Below, piece by piece: positions 28,498 to 41,113 of a stretch of DNA of 64,000 nucleotides. The stretch is from Psilocybe cubensis (Eukaryota). The stretch spans positions 1,054,001 to 1,118,000 of the forward strand of contig CM039000.1 of the NCBI GenBank assembly GCA_017499595.2, read 5' to 3'. Each line of letters starts with the position of its first letter. Positions within the stretch are counted from its first letter, which is position 1. The position numbers and the translations under genes were made by a program. The notes under the pieces are model-generated. The model was given only the letters and a program-made list of their open reading frames with translations, searched no databases and was not told the origin of the DNA.

Positions 28498-29245
28498 TAT
28501 GACACGATTTTCCGTTGAAAATGCGAAGTGTCTGTCTTCAGGTTTTGGTTAGTACAAAAATAGCAAATCTAGAACCTTAGTACGTACGTTAGTGTTGAGT
28601 TTCGTAACTAGGTACTTGGTTGTTAGTGTGTACACCCCAGTATGAACAGCATACTTTGGTGTGGTTGTGGTGTGGCTTTGGTTTAAGCTTGTGTATCTAA
28701 TGGTTTTCTTATCAATAACACAGTACTAAGAGGTTTACATGAACATATTCCAAATTCAATTCTCTCCGACAACTGTGATCATTATTTTGCAGTTTGTCGT
28801 TTCTAAAGTCTCTCGGCACCTTCGGCTTCAAAATCAATCAATGTCATTGTGCCGGAAACAGCCACAACAAGATGTATCCTGCAGCATTATGCTTTGCCGT
28901 CGATAACCCGATATAAACTCAGAAAAACATTAGATTATCTGGAGTAATTACAGTCTTAATCATCTTTTACAATAGCTGTCTTATAGAAGCCATTGCCAGA
29001 GGGACCACCCTTCAACAATATTTACATGTACGGCATTGGTTTTGATGAAAACCACGACTTGACCACAACCCGACCACGACACAGGTTTAGATTTACCACG
29101 GTCTGTGCTAATTTTAACTAAATACCAGGTACCTGGATGTTCACACATTCAAAAAGTTAGTACTACAGTATAAGGAAAGGCCGGAATCTAGTCAGTACGA
29201 TGCTACTTCTAAATGTTCGCATTTTCAACGGAAAATCGTGTCATA
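28498..29245. repeat. 30-bp inverted repeat pair, probable degenerate foldback/MITE
   Basis: TATGACACGATTTTCCGTTGAAAATGCGAA (28498-28527) and its exact reverse complement (29216-29245). AT-rich non-coding interior. Outer ends and TSD not identified. Confidence 0.6.
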
Positions 29246-29611
29246 TGCATCAGTAAATCCTGATTTTTGGTAATAGTGTACCTTGGTTAAGCAAATACCC
29301 CACAATTCTGTGATCTTCCCCGAACAGCATCATACCAAAATGTATTTATACGCATAAGCTGTCCATTAAGCTCCGATCTTCCTGCAAACTTTGAGTATAG
29401 CAGATAATGTCATACCGATAACCTCACCTATTTGCATCTCCATGCGCCAAAATTAGGGGCCGTCACGCACCGCATCGTACACGCGTGATACATTGACGCG
29501 ACGCGATTCATTGTCAAATTTGATGGGCACCAGACAACCTTAATAGCCACCGAGGGCCGGGAGGCACCCACATTTACTAATTTAAGGTTGAACGTTGAAC
29601 TTGAACTTGAC

Positions 29612-30033
29612 AGGACCCGGGAAGCTCCCCTAAGGCCTTGTCCGGGGTTTGGCGGATTTGAGGCCGAAAAAAGGCAAAATCCCTGTCCGTTTTTCGCGGA
29701 TTTATGGGCGCCGCAGGCCAACCATTGTCCGGGGCCTGCGGATTTGAGGCCGGGTCCACAGGTGGTCACCGGTCAGCGGCAGTCAGATTTTCTGAGATGA
29801 TCCCAACATTGCCAAATCGAGGTATTATGACTGCGAGACGCTGTTTAAAGCAAAATATTGTTAAAAACGACGTGGAGAAATGTGCTGCCCCGCAGGGAGA
29901 AAATTTCTTAATTAGGAAGGACCCTGAGGAGGTCTGTCCGGTTTCGCGGATTTGAGGCCCCAAATCTCGCGGATTTGAGGGCCAAATTCGGGGTCGAGGC
30001 CGGACAAGGCCTTAGGGGAGCTTCCCGGGTCCT
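29612..30033. mobile_element. MITE (422 bp) with 34-bp perfect TIRs and an 8-bp TSD
   Basis: AGGACCCGGGAAGCTCCCCTAAGGCCTTGTCCGG at 29612-29645 and its reverse complement at 30000-30033. TSD AACTTGAC at 29604-29611 and 30034-30041. Internal GCGGATTT(GAGG) repeats. Confidence 0.92.
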
Positions 30034-30184
30034 AACTTGACCGTGAACCTCTCACTCGAACCACATCGCTCTTCTCCCCTTGATCTTCGAAACTTGGGGA
30101 AGACTGTAATAGTAGACACTTTATTCGCATAAGCTCTACGTAGATTCTCTTGTAGTAAATCTTAGCAATTGACTCGCCGTGACA

Positions 30185-33100
30185 ATGGCTCGAGGTACTA
30201 CAAGTAGACGCGCTGCGTCCCGACGAAGGGCACCACAAAGAAACGCGACGCCCAGCGGATCCACAGCCTCGGTCACAACCAACCTCAGCAACACCAACTC
30301 CAACTCCAACTCCAATGTCGCCGCCTCCGAGAGCGAAGACGACGGGACCTTCTCTTCCCGAGTCCGAACCAGAGGATGACGACTCGGACGACGAGGATTA
30401 TGTACCACAGCCAAGTGCGCGGGGTAACAGAAAGCGCGCTGATGCTCCAAAGTCAAAGGGAAAGAAGATAAAGAAAATTTTGCTTCTGAATCTGAGAAAT
30501 CTCTCCAAGGTATCATTGAGCATTCTATATGAGGTACGTGCGCACCTCCATCCATTAATTCCACTCCATTTCCACACTTCCACTTACATGTCTCTTTCTC
30601 TCTGTTTTACTACAGATATTTTCCTACCTAAGCCCACTGGACCTTCTCAACATCGCACGTTCAAACAAAGCCAACAAAGCCTTTCTGTATTCGCCAGAAC
30701 GCAAGTCGCTCTGGAAAGCCGCAAGGAGGAACTTTCCTGGGCTGCCAGACTGTCCTGCGGATATGACGGAGCCTCAATATGCATTTCTAGCATTTGGGGA
30801 GGAGTGCCATGTACGTGTGCCCTCTCCCTCCCCTGTTTATTTTTTAAAAAATTGTGATACCAATTCGAACCCTACCTACATATACATAGGTACCGGAATG
30901 CGATACAAGGCTACCAAAGAAATTGCATACCATCTGGTCGGGGCGCACACGCTTGTGCACAAGATGCGTGCGTGGGAGGTACGCGTGCGCAAAAACCAAC
31001 TCCTCACTTCATTTTCTAAACATTTCTTTTCGGTGACTTTACAGGTTTGGGCCAGCATACATAAACGGGAAACCGCGAGGCTCCGATTCCGAGTTCTATA
31101 GCAAATTAAAGCCTCTGCTCGATTTGCTTCCTACTGTACGCATGCCCAACGGTAAGTTCTTCGTTCCTTTCACGATTTTTTTATCCCCTTGTTACTCTTT
31201 CTCGTCTCATTTTGTCTAACATGTTTGCATTTACCATTTCCATTTCATTCCTTTGTAGGTAATATCTACATCTGCGTCTCAACATCCAATGACTGGTTTT
31301 TTGAATTAAAATTTTTTCATCACACTAATAAGAAGGTATGGATCGAGACTATGGTTGCGAAATGGTCTGCGATCGCTGAGGTGAGATTCTGTTCGATTCC
31401 AACAATTGTCACGTACCTCTAAATACTGCATTTTTACTGACGCGTTGGTATTTCTACGTGCAGCATGCCAAAGCTTGCGAAGCCTGGGAGAAGCAGCGCT
31501 TAAATGCAGCCCACGACTCGAAGCTAAATCCTTTCAACGCCCGTGTCGATGCGTATGTGGCCAATTTGCTTTCTGATGTCATTCAAAGCGCTGATTTTTT
31601 TTTTGTTAACAAGGATTCTTGACCGTCTTGAAAACATGGGATGGGAGGCTGAAGTCCTGGATATCAGAAATACAGACGACCCAAACCGTAGACAGGCTTT
31701 CTGCGAGCTCCCTCTTATACGAAAGCTCTGCAAGAGGGATCTCACAGAGCAAAGTAAGTCAATCTAATCCTAAACGCCAATCATATTAGCGACGTTGACC
31801 CTGCTATGCTATACGTTGCAGTTTTTAAAAACAAATGGGCTGAGCTTGAAGAATACATGAAAATGTACAGTTCAGATATGCACATCCAGCGCCGGCAGTA
31901 TATTCTCAGCTCCCGAATCCCACATTTGAACAAAATCGTTACAAACTACAGTGCAACAGTACCACCCACCGAAGTCGCCCCAATGGTAGGCGACTTCTTC
32001 ACAAACAAAGACGTCTTCGACTTCCTGCTCAGCACACCCAACATCACGGGCCCAGCGGACTTCGCACCGCTCATCGCACGGCTCCCCACGCTCGCCCAGG
32101 AGGTCATAGCGCGCATGCACACAAAGCTGCTCAGCGTCATCGCTGAGACCGCAGGCAAATTCGCCGCGGCACCGCAGGATAAGGTGCTAGATCTCGCGAC
32201 GACAACATTCGAATGCAATCAGTGCTACGAAGGCTGGGTTTACACAGCGATGCCGCTGCGCTACCCACGGGTGCTGACCCACAATCACACGACCCATGGC
32301 CACGTCTCGCCCTGGAGCCTGGAGCCTCGCCAGAAGGAGGAAGCCGACTTGGATTTGCTAAAAGATGTGATAGATGTCGTGCCGTGGAATTGGCATGAAG
32401 TTGTGACGTTTGATAAGGACGCTGCGAATGTGTTGGAGAGCGTAATTCAGATGTGTGGGTTGGATCCGAAGACGACAACGACAAAGGAGATGGACGAGTT
32501 GGATCCAATTATCGAGTGTCTGTCGTGCAATAATTTAACTAAAGGTAGGATGGTTATGAGGTGGCAGCTAATAGTATGTATTTTTTATGTTCAAGTTTGT
32601 TTGCTTCTGAAGATGTCGTTGAGCTGACCCGTTGTAATTCTATAGTCTTTCCATCACAGAGGTTGTCATCAGAAATTCAGCTTCGCATATCCTATGGAGA
32701 TTCGAATTCTAGAAGGCGAAGATGCAGAGACGATCAGGGCCCGGCTGAACAAGGAAGAAGAACTCAGGCGTGCAGCGGCCGATTACGAAGGTTTGGCTTG
32801 CGCCCGATGCTTCAAGCCAGGCAATACTGTCACCCTCAGAAGGCCATCGGCAAAAGTGACCAAGTCCCCAAATGCCTTAGTAAGGCATTTGGGGACGCCC
32901 AAAGGCCCCAAGGCGCAAATGGCCTTTTATATCGACTAAGTAGAGACTCGCAATTTTGAAAGGCTACAAATCCTTCACTAGAATGAATGTTTTATCAAAA
33001 TCTAAATTTAATGAAATCATTTCGGTAAAATTTGGGAGACCCAAAAACATTTGGACAACATTTGAGTTGCATTTGAGAGACCCAAAAAAGATTTGAGGTT

Positions 33101-34328
33101 CACACAATGCTACAGCTTGTTTATTCTTATTTATAGCAGCCATTTCCCAATAATCACACACTTTGGAAATACTAACACAATAAAATTTGATTGACTACAA
33201 TGGAGGGTACATAGAAACGAGTACAGATGACGATAATGGTCAACCAGACCCTGGGAGACTCCGTGTGACCAGGTCACAATAACTCGTGTGATTTGAGATC
33301 TGGATCTGGATGTGTCACAGTGAGTCATGGTAAGCAAAATGCAAAATGTATGCGCATTTGATGCGCATATACTCACAATTAATTCAACATGCATGTCCGT
33401 AAGACTGTAATCTATACTTGATGGAAAGATGTATCAAAGTCGAAGGAGGAGCAAAGACATAAAAGAAATTGTCAGTTGGGTTGCACTGGCAGTTGGGGAT
33501 AATTGATTTACCTTGTGAGTTTAACTTTCAGGCCTATGTCATGTGCATGGGACACCAGAAGATTGTGTTGTCAGAACCAGGAGACATGAGAGTGAGGAAA
33601 GAAAGGAATTCGGGGCATGTCTCGAGTTATTATACACATAACATTGATTCAATCTCCGACTTAATTTGTAATCAGACCTGGGAGGCTCTTTGTCGATGGC
33701 TAGACAGAAACGGTGGACTTTGCCTTAAATTGACATTGTGCGATGATACTGTGAATAAATTTTTACATTGAAAAATCATTTTTTGCGCACTCTAAGGCCG
33801 GTAATCATTTGAGTGCATGTCAAGTTGAACTCAAGCTTTTCTTTTTCTTTTTATTTATGATCAATCATTCACTCTAAGTTCTATGGCAAACCAATAATTG
33901 AGAAATAAGTGTAAGTATGTGAAATATTTAGTAATAACTTTTGGGCTCTACAAATGTTTTTGGAGCCTCCAAATGCCTTCTAAATGTTTTGGGTGCCTCC
34001 AAATTTTACCCAAATGTTTTGTGTGACATAATTATGTCACATGAATCATTGGCCTTCCTTAAAAGGCAGCAAAGGCATTTTGGGACTTGGTCACTTTTGC
34101 CGATGGCATCTTATCAAAGAGTGCGTAACCTGCTCGTATGTGCACACTATGGATCACTTGATGAATTATTTTTGTGTAGGCATGGTGTTGCTAAGCCGGA
34201 TGTCAAAGATGGTATTGTGATGAAGATTGACTCTGATTCAATTCAAGAGCAATTTTATGCGTGGCCCCCACGAAAGGAGAATGAAGGCACTGAGATAGGT
34301 TTTCCGTTCGAGGATTCGTTCGAGGAGG
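30185..34328 (+). pseudogene. F-box domain protein, paralogue 3, disrupted
   Basis: Homologous exon by exon to paralogues 1 and 2. Frameshift near 30350 (DDGTFS shifts to PESEPEDDDS in another frame). A MITE at 32845-34105 splits TVTLRR/HLIKE and a second MITE starts at 34329. Confidence 0.8.
32845..34105. mobile_element. Non-autonomous TIR element (1261 bp) with a 2-bp TSD; possibly CMC/CACTA-like
   Basis: Ends CATCGGCAAAAGTGACCAAGTCCC...GGGACTTGGTCACTTTTGCCGATG. The empty site in paralogue 2 (AGAAGGCATCTTATC) shows that GC was duplicated. Confidence 0.88.
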
Positions 34329-35650
34329 CATCGGCAAAAGTGACCAGACCCCCAAATGCCTTTGATGCCTTTTTAAGCAGGTCAATGTTTTGCGTGACAT
34401 GTTAAGTCACACAAAAACATTTCACTAAAATTTGGAGGTGAACAAAACATTTGGAGAGCATTTGAATGCTCCACAAACATTTATACACCTCAAAGTTTAG
34501 TACAAAATATTCCATGTACTTACATTTATCTCTTAATGATTTGTTTGCCATAAAACTTGCAGGGAACAATTGATTAAAAATAAAAACAAGGAATAAAACA
34601 TTGAGTTTAACTTTTTGTTGACACAGATGATTAAAGGGCTTCAAATATGTTCAAAATGATTTAGGTACGAGAAATTTTACTGACCACACGTAATACCTAT
34701 GACGCTGGCAGGTTGTTTTCAATATGACACCATTGTCATAAGAATTACATGTACGTGAGAAATTTGACTTCAAGAAATACAAATTAGAGAGGCCGTCTCC
34801 TCTGACAAATTAAATCGGAGACCGAATATCCGTTTTGAGCATAATAATCTGAGACACGCCCACGTTGCTTTCTTTCTACCCTCTCATTTCCACCACTCTG
34901 ACGATGGCGCTCTCTGGTTTTACTTAACACTACAATGCCTCTTTCTTGGTACTTTGAGACTGGTATAGAGCTGAAAGGTAAGAGACATGCTCTTTTTTCA
35001 TCATACAACCCTAACTGACTGTTTTATACCTATTCATGGCTTGTTCTTCCTCTGCCTTGATTACTTCCTTCTCAAGAGTGTAGCTAATAACCAGACACCC
35101 ATTCTGGTCAACTTATTGGTATGTATATGCGCATATATTTCACATATACTTGACCGTGACTCATCACCAGTGTAGATCTTGTTGCGCATCAATTTGATCA
35201 CGTGACTCGGTATTTTCCCAGTGCCCAGATTGTAACTAGAATCTGCTTTCTCTCAGTCATGTCTATGTAGCGTCTTTTGTTTTGAATAGTTTCAATAATA
35301 TTTTTTCATTTAATTACTACATCATTGTGGGAATACCTGAAGTGGCTGCCAGGAGTAGAAATATTCAAAATATATCATTGTGTCAACATTGGGTGAGCTC
35401 TAAATGTTTTTGGGGCTCTCAAAGGCAACTTAAATGTTATCCAAATGTTTTTGGGTCTCCCAAATTTTACCGAAATGATTTGATTAAATTTAAATCTAGC
35501 TAAAACATTGGGTTTTGTAAATGATTTATAGCCTTTCAAAATTCCGAGTCTCTCGTTAGTCAATCTAAAAGGCCATTTGGGCCTTGGGGCATTTGGACGC
35601 CTCCAAATGCCTTGACAAGGCATTTGGGGACTTGGTCACTTTTGCTGATG
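34329..35650. mobile_element. Second, diverged copy of the same TIR element family, in opposite orientation (1322 bp)
   Basis: Starts CATCGGCAAAAGTGACC, ends GGTCACTTTTGCTGATG. Its right-hand end is the reverse complement of the left-hand end of 32845-34105, with divergence. The flanks (GG / TA) do not form a TSD. Confidence 0.85.
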
Positions 35651-36399
35651 TATGCCATCAATTGTTGGCACGTTGTTTGTTGATGTCGGTGTAACCAAAC
35701 AACTTGGGTATGCCAGTGTTTATACTGGTTGAGAAGTTATATGCTTCTGGTCTTGCACCGTGGCAAGCAACAATCTCAGAAAACCATTATATCAGAGTAT
35801 ACGGCCACAATGCCAATAAACCACAGAATAATGTGCAGAATAAGTGGAAATATAAAATTGATTTACTTATTCCGAATGATATATGTTCTAGGTCATTAAC
35901 TCTTAAAGGTGACCTAATAGTGTTGGAAAATGGGTGGGATATTTGTCTTTACATCGCCGCGGTGGGTGGAGGATTCAGCTAAATAATAGATCACTATACC
36001 TTGGTAATAGTTCTGACAGTTGCGTTGGACTCAATGGATTTAATTTAGATGAAAATAGGAGCTTCCAGTAGTAGTTTACTTGTACATCCCAGTCTCACAG
36101 CGTAAGCGTCACCCCCAGCAAGGCCTGATTGCCACCGGCAATCTTTTGTGAGTATACCAAATGGGAAATGACCCAAAAATGGAGACAAACAGAGAGAGGG
36201 TCACAATGCTCTTGATTTTACCCAGTTGCGTTAGTTGATGTTGGCAACCTAAATATGTACAAGTAGTGGAAAGAGTGGTTCATTTCCAGGTCTTGCGACT
36301 GGTGTAATATTTTCCCTATATAATTACCATGTATGCCTAGAATCGACTGGCTGGCCATTACAATCCAAGCTCACACTACCCGTAGCGAGCCCTTGCTGG

Positions 36400-38400
36400 G
36401 GGTGGTGGAATGTGGGTAGGTCTCACCCGAAGATAATCTGAAGAACTTGTGGGGGGATGGAACACACAAAACGATCTTCTTTACAATGGAAAGGCGTTCT
36501 TCCAGTTTTCTTCCCATGTTCTGTCAGGACCCACAATCGGCAAGCCACGGCACACCGTCTATTTTTGGTCGTTCAACTATTTTACACTGACCGGCTCAAG
36601 ACGCTCGCCATGAGTTGTGGATTCCCGAGCCTTATACGGATCCAGAGTCAATCGGTAAGAAGTCAGAAACAGACATCACCTTTGTAATTTGCATCGCTGT
36701 ATTGCTTCTCTGTTCGAATTTCGAAATAGGGTATCCCTGTCATCACTAGCATCGCCCAAAATACCCACTAAAACTCCGTTCACTATTTCTGACCAGTGTT
36801 CGGGTAGGTGCTTAGTCTTGCTTTCTGTCTTTCCATGTGCGGTACACCTGGTGCGGCGCCAGTTCCCCCGCCTATGTTTTGCTTTTTCCATTCCTACGTC
36901 GAGGCTTGTTCTTGGGTCATTGGCTGTCGTGAATCTGGCTTGTACTTCGGCTGTTGTGAATTCTTTGCCTTCATTGTTAATTACTCTCTCGCACCTTAGC
37001 TTCCATAATAGATGGGCTGCCTCTGCTGTCAGAATTCGGTAGAGTCTTTTTAGTAGGCCGGTCGCCTCTTCTTTCATGTCGTCGACACACAGTCTCATGC
37101 GCCAGCCGACCGGCCAATATTGTCGCTTCGTGGTTTTGGGTTCTATCTTCCCAGATTTCTCTCGTCAATTCCCATGTTGTGTCTTGTCCGGGTGAGGTGC
37201 AATCAAAGAGTATGTGGTGCATGGTTTCCGTCGTGTTTGCATTTCTTGCACTCCCCCCTCTCTCAGTTCCTCGTTGTATGATGTCCTCGTCCAGTTCTCT
37301 CCTATCATACTATATGCGTCGTGCATGGTCATCCAGAGGAAATATCTTGTTGTTCTGCTCAAGTCCTTGTGTCTTGTTGCCTTCCAAATATCCTTGGGTG
37401 ACACTTTGAGTTTCCAGATGCGCTCCATATATTCAGTTATGCTGCTCAGGACTTTCACTGTCCTCCTGCGTCCGGTGTATTTACTGTTTTTCTCGTTCCT
37501 GATGTGCTTGTATAAGGTTGATTGCGTTGCCTTGGCCAGCTTGATGCCCTTGAGCTGAAGGTCTGTCGCAATGGTAGTCGGCACTATCTTCCTGGTGTGC
37601 ATGCGTGCCGCCTTGGTTACTTTGCTTCTGACGCGTTTAGCTAGATCGTCTGAGGTGTTCAGGTCCAGTGCTATGTTTGTTTTGCCTGCTCTCTTCCGTG
37701 CCTTGGACGTTATTGCTCGGAGCAGGCCAGCAGCCCTTACTCCTGTGTAATCGGAGTCCTCCCATTTTTTGAGGTCTGTTGTCAACGATTTAAAAGCCTG
37801 TCGTGCGGGTGTGACGATTTCCAAGTTATCCGAGTCTCCCGCTTTGTCGAGGGTCAGCTAGTGCTAAGATGTAGGTGTCTTTGGCCTGTATTGGGTGTGG
37901 TCTGTAGCTCGCTTCTGTCATTGTGCCCTTCCGTCTAGCTTTGGTGACTTATACAGTCCTGTGTACACTCTCAGTGTTCTACCCTCCTCTGCGTGCGGTT
38001 TTTGGGTTTCTTTTTGGGAGGTGGCCTGAGGGTTGTCCTCTCGTAAATAGTCTATATGCATCGCTTAAGGAGGGAATCGGGTCGGTTCTCGTCGCTATCT
38101 GCCCTAGTCTGGCGTATTTGCCCATAGGGTCGTCATGTGGGGCTTGGGGAGGGTGGCTTGCCATTGACCTTCTTATGCTTGGTGTAACTCGCCACTGCCA
38201 ACGGTGAACAATTGCCCGGTCTACATAAGCAGGTGGTCTGTGCGCAGACTCACCAAACTGCGCAGCGCGGAAGAATCGTCCATATGATTTTCCGTCTTTC
38301 ATTATCCGCCAGCTTGACCCAAATACTATGAAAGCTCCGTTCTTCTGATATTCTTAGCATTTGATCGACAGAGGGGATTTAACAGTGTAAATCACTGCCT
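36400..38400 (-). mobile_element. Decayed, 5'-truncated non-LTR retrotransposon (LINE ORF2 C-terminal region)
   Basis: Frameshifted fragments LQLKGIKL..ATQSTLYKHIR, DIWKATRHKDLSRTTRYFLWMTMHDAY..GENW, MHHILFDC..PGQ..TWEL and RLYRILTAEAAHLLWKLRCERVI, typical of the zf-RVT/C-terminal part of basidiomycete LINE ORF2. No RT motifs seen. Boundaries approximate. Confidence 0.75.
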
Positions 38401-38594
38401 TTGGGGCACTGGCGATGATGACTGCCAAGAGAAGGAGCCTGGAGGCGGTGTAGGTGCTCCCCTTCTAATGGTCTCGGCACCACCATGGCGATTACACCAG
38501 AGACTCCAGACGAGACGTGACGCTATTTCAAGGGGTCGCCACTAATCTCTCATCATCCATTTCTATCCCTACATCCATCATCGCACACGACGCC

Positions 38595-40528
38595 ATGCAC
38601 AATCACGCACCGGAAGCGTTCATGCTCCTAAGTCTACCCGATGCCTCGCTAAGCTGGACAGGGGCCCGCACAGAGCACGGCGACCTCTACCTGGAGAGCG
38701 TCTCCATGCCCAACTACGACTCCAAAGACTCCAACGACCGCACCGTCTACCTCGTGCTCAAAGTCAACGCAAACGAAGCCCCGATCGACCCAGCGAGCAC
38801 CGTTAGGCGCACCGACGGCCCAGGTGGCGCCCACTTGCGCTCGTACACGCTGCTGCCCGCTCAGCCCTCGGGTGAGCAGCCCGAGATGACTCTGACGATT
38901 AATATGCAGCGGTATAGTGGGAACCACGAGCTGATGGATAAGTTGGAGGCGTTTGAGAATATTTTGGAGCAGTATGTCGCGGTGTATCATCCTGGACCTT
39001 CGCCAGTAGCGGGGTGGGGCAGCGGACCATCAGGCGCACCAGCGACAATCGCCGGGCAATCGACCCGAGTTGATCTGAAAGGCGGGAACAACAACGACTT
39101 CCGCGGGCAGCTTGTGATGGTGAACGAAGACACCGGCGAAGTCGTCGGTGCAGTCGAAGACCGGTTCAGAATCCGCGAAGACCCCGTCATGCACCAGAAG
39201 GGACACGAGAACGACCCCGTCATTATCGAAGTCGGCGACGAGGATCCCGTCGCGTCCGATGCGAATGCGCTGGAGGCGTTCGCTAGGACTGTGCCGCCTG
39301 AACAGAGGAACTGGATCACGTCGTCTGCGAATATCGCCAGGTACGATTTCTTCTGTGATATATGCGTTGAGAATGATACTGATGATGATTTGTTTCTAGC
39401 CATGCGATTTCGATGGGTACTAACCTACTGATCACGACCATAACCACCGCATCCTCATTCTACATCAACCACTCCGCGCCGTCCCCACACCACACCGCCT
39501 CTCCAAAGAGTCTTTCGCCCTCCACATCTGGGAGCGGCAGCGGCGCATCGACGCCCGCTTCTGCAGGCGGAAAACCACCACCTGTACCCCCACGCGCACT
39601 AACATTCCTCACCTCCGAAAAAACACGCAAGAACCTCGCGACAGTCCACGCGTACAGCGGCACAGCCGTAAAAGTCTCCGCGCAGACCGTAGGGCTCATC
39701 GACAAGATGATCAGGCGCGCGATCGGCGCGAACCCGAAGCGCGAGAAGTACTTTGCCAACGTTGGCCAACAGCAGCAGCAGGGTGGAGGCTCGTCTGCGT
39801 CGTTGGGGTTGAATGTACCACAGAATGGCTCGTCAGCGCCGAACACGCGCTCGCCGTCGCCTGGCCCGTCGTCGTCATCCCTGCACGCGCCCCCGCCATA
39901 CGCTCCGCGCCTACATAAGTCTGCGTCATTCAGCAACGACCGTGACACCCCCAGTTCAAGCAAAAGCGGCCCACCGCTTCCTCCTCGCCGCTCTCCGTCT
40001 CCCATGCCCATGCCGTCTCCACAGCATCAGTATCAGTCGCCTGGGACCAGATCACCAGCGTCGTATGCCCCGTCCCCGGCGCCTTCGGGAGGACCACCGC
40101 CCATCCCGCCTCGCCTGTCGACGAAAGATCATATTTTGATCTCGGCGGATCTTATCCTCTCCACCATCGACCATTCCACCCGGCGCGTGCTCGATACAGG
40201 CACTGAACAGCTCGGACGCGTTGTAGGCCACAAGTACGTTGCATCTTCCCTTCACTAATTATCTTTGCAATATTTCTGACTTGGTTTGTTTTGTTAATGC
40301 AGATATGGACCGGAGGCGGCACAGTCGTCCCTGCTTATGGCCGGGACCGCGCGGAATGTAGGGTTGGTATACGTCGATATGCGCGGGATTGGGAGGCGCG
40401 CGCTGCTTAAGCGCGCTGGGAAGACGTATGTCAAGTCCAAGGTGTCGAGTAATAAAGGGAAGAGCGCGGCTGTGCCTGTGGCCTCGAGTCAGTCTTTGCC
40501 TGTGCCGCAGACGTACGCGAAGAAGTGA
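38595..40528 (+). CDS. Senescence/spartin-associated domain protein
   Basis: ATG 38595, introns ~39341-39399 and ~40235-40302. Motifs RGQLVMVNEDTGEVVG and GRVVGHK|YGPEAAQ...ARNVGLVYVDMRGIGRRALLKRAGK. TGA 40526-40528. Confidence 0.75.
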
Positions 40529-41113
40529 TTGCTTTGTGGGTATCTTTGAGTTTGAGTTTCATTGTTTTTTTGTTTTTTTAAAAAAGGAAGAAGGAAAAGA
40601 AAGATTATACTGGTTGTATAGTTTTAATTTTTTGTGTTTGAGACAATTTACGGGACATTGTATTTCTACTGGTACTGGCTTCCTTTTTTTGTTGACAAAT
40701 AATTACTTACTTACTTGAACTTGAACTTGACGATGTATTTTTTTGTTCTTGGCCTTGCTGTAAGTAAGGTTCCCCTTGGTCGAAATTACCTATATATAGT
40801 AAGCGAGCGTTATTGAACAACTTATTTATTTGCTTTTCTGTGTTCCGCCAAATATGACCATACAGTTTACCCTACGTCTCTCCCTGGTTGATGTGTCCTC
40901 TTGAACAACTTGTTTACTCTTGTTTTTTAACGATGGCGAAACCTTGTGTCTTGCTCATATCTTTATTTCCTATCTCCGCTTGCTTGGGGTTGCTCTCCAC
41001 GCCTGTACACCTCCGATGCTACAGTTTTTCTATATACGATTCGCGCTTAGTGCTCCTTTACTGTGCGTCAGGCTATTTTGGCAATTACTTCAATTTAAGG
41101 GACTGTGGTGCTA

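Noticed and set aside
36110-36404. 14-bp inverted repeat CACCCCCAGCAAGG
   Set aside because: Short, no TSD, and one arm is at the LINE 3' end, so it may be chance.
40785-40810. CTATATATAG palindrome as a Helitron 3' hairpin
   Set aside because: AT-only and short, with no convincing CTRR or matching subterminal repeat, so it cannot define the terminus.
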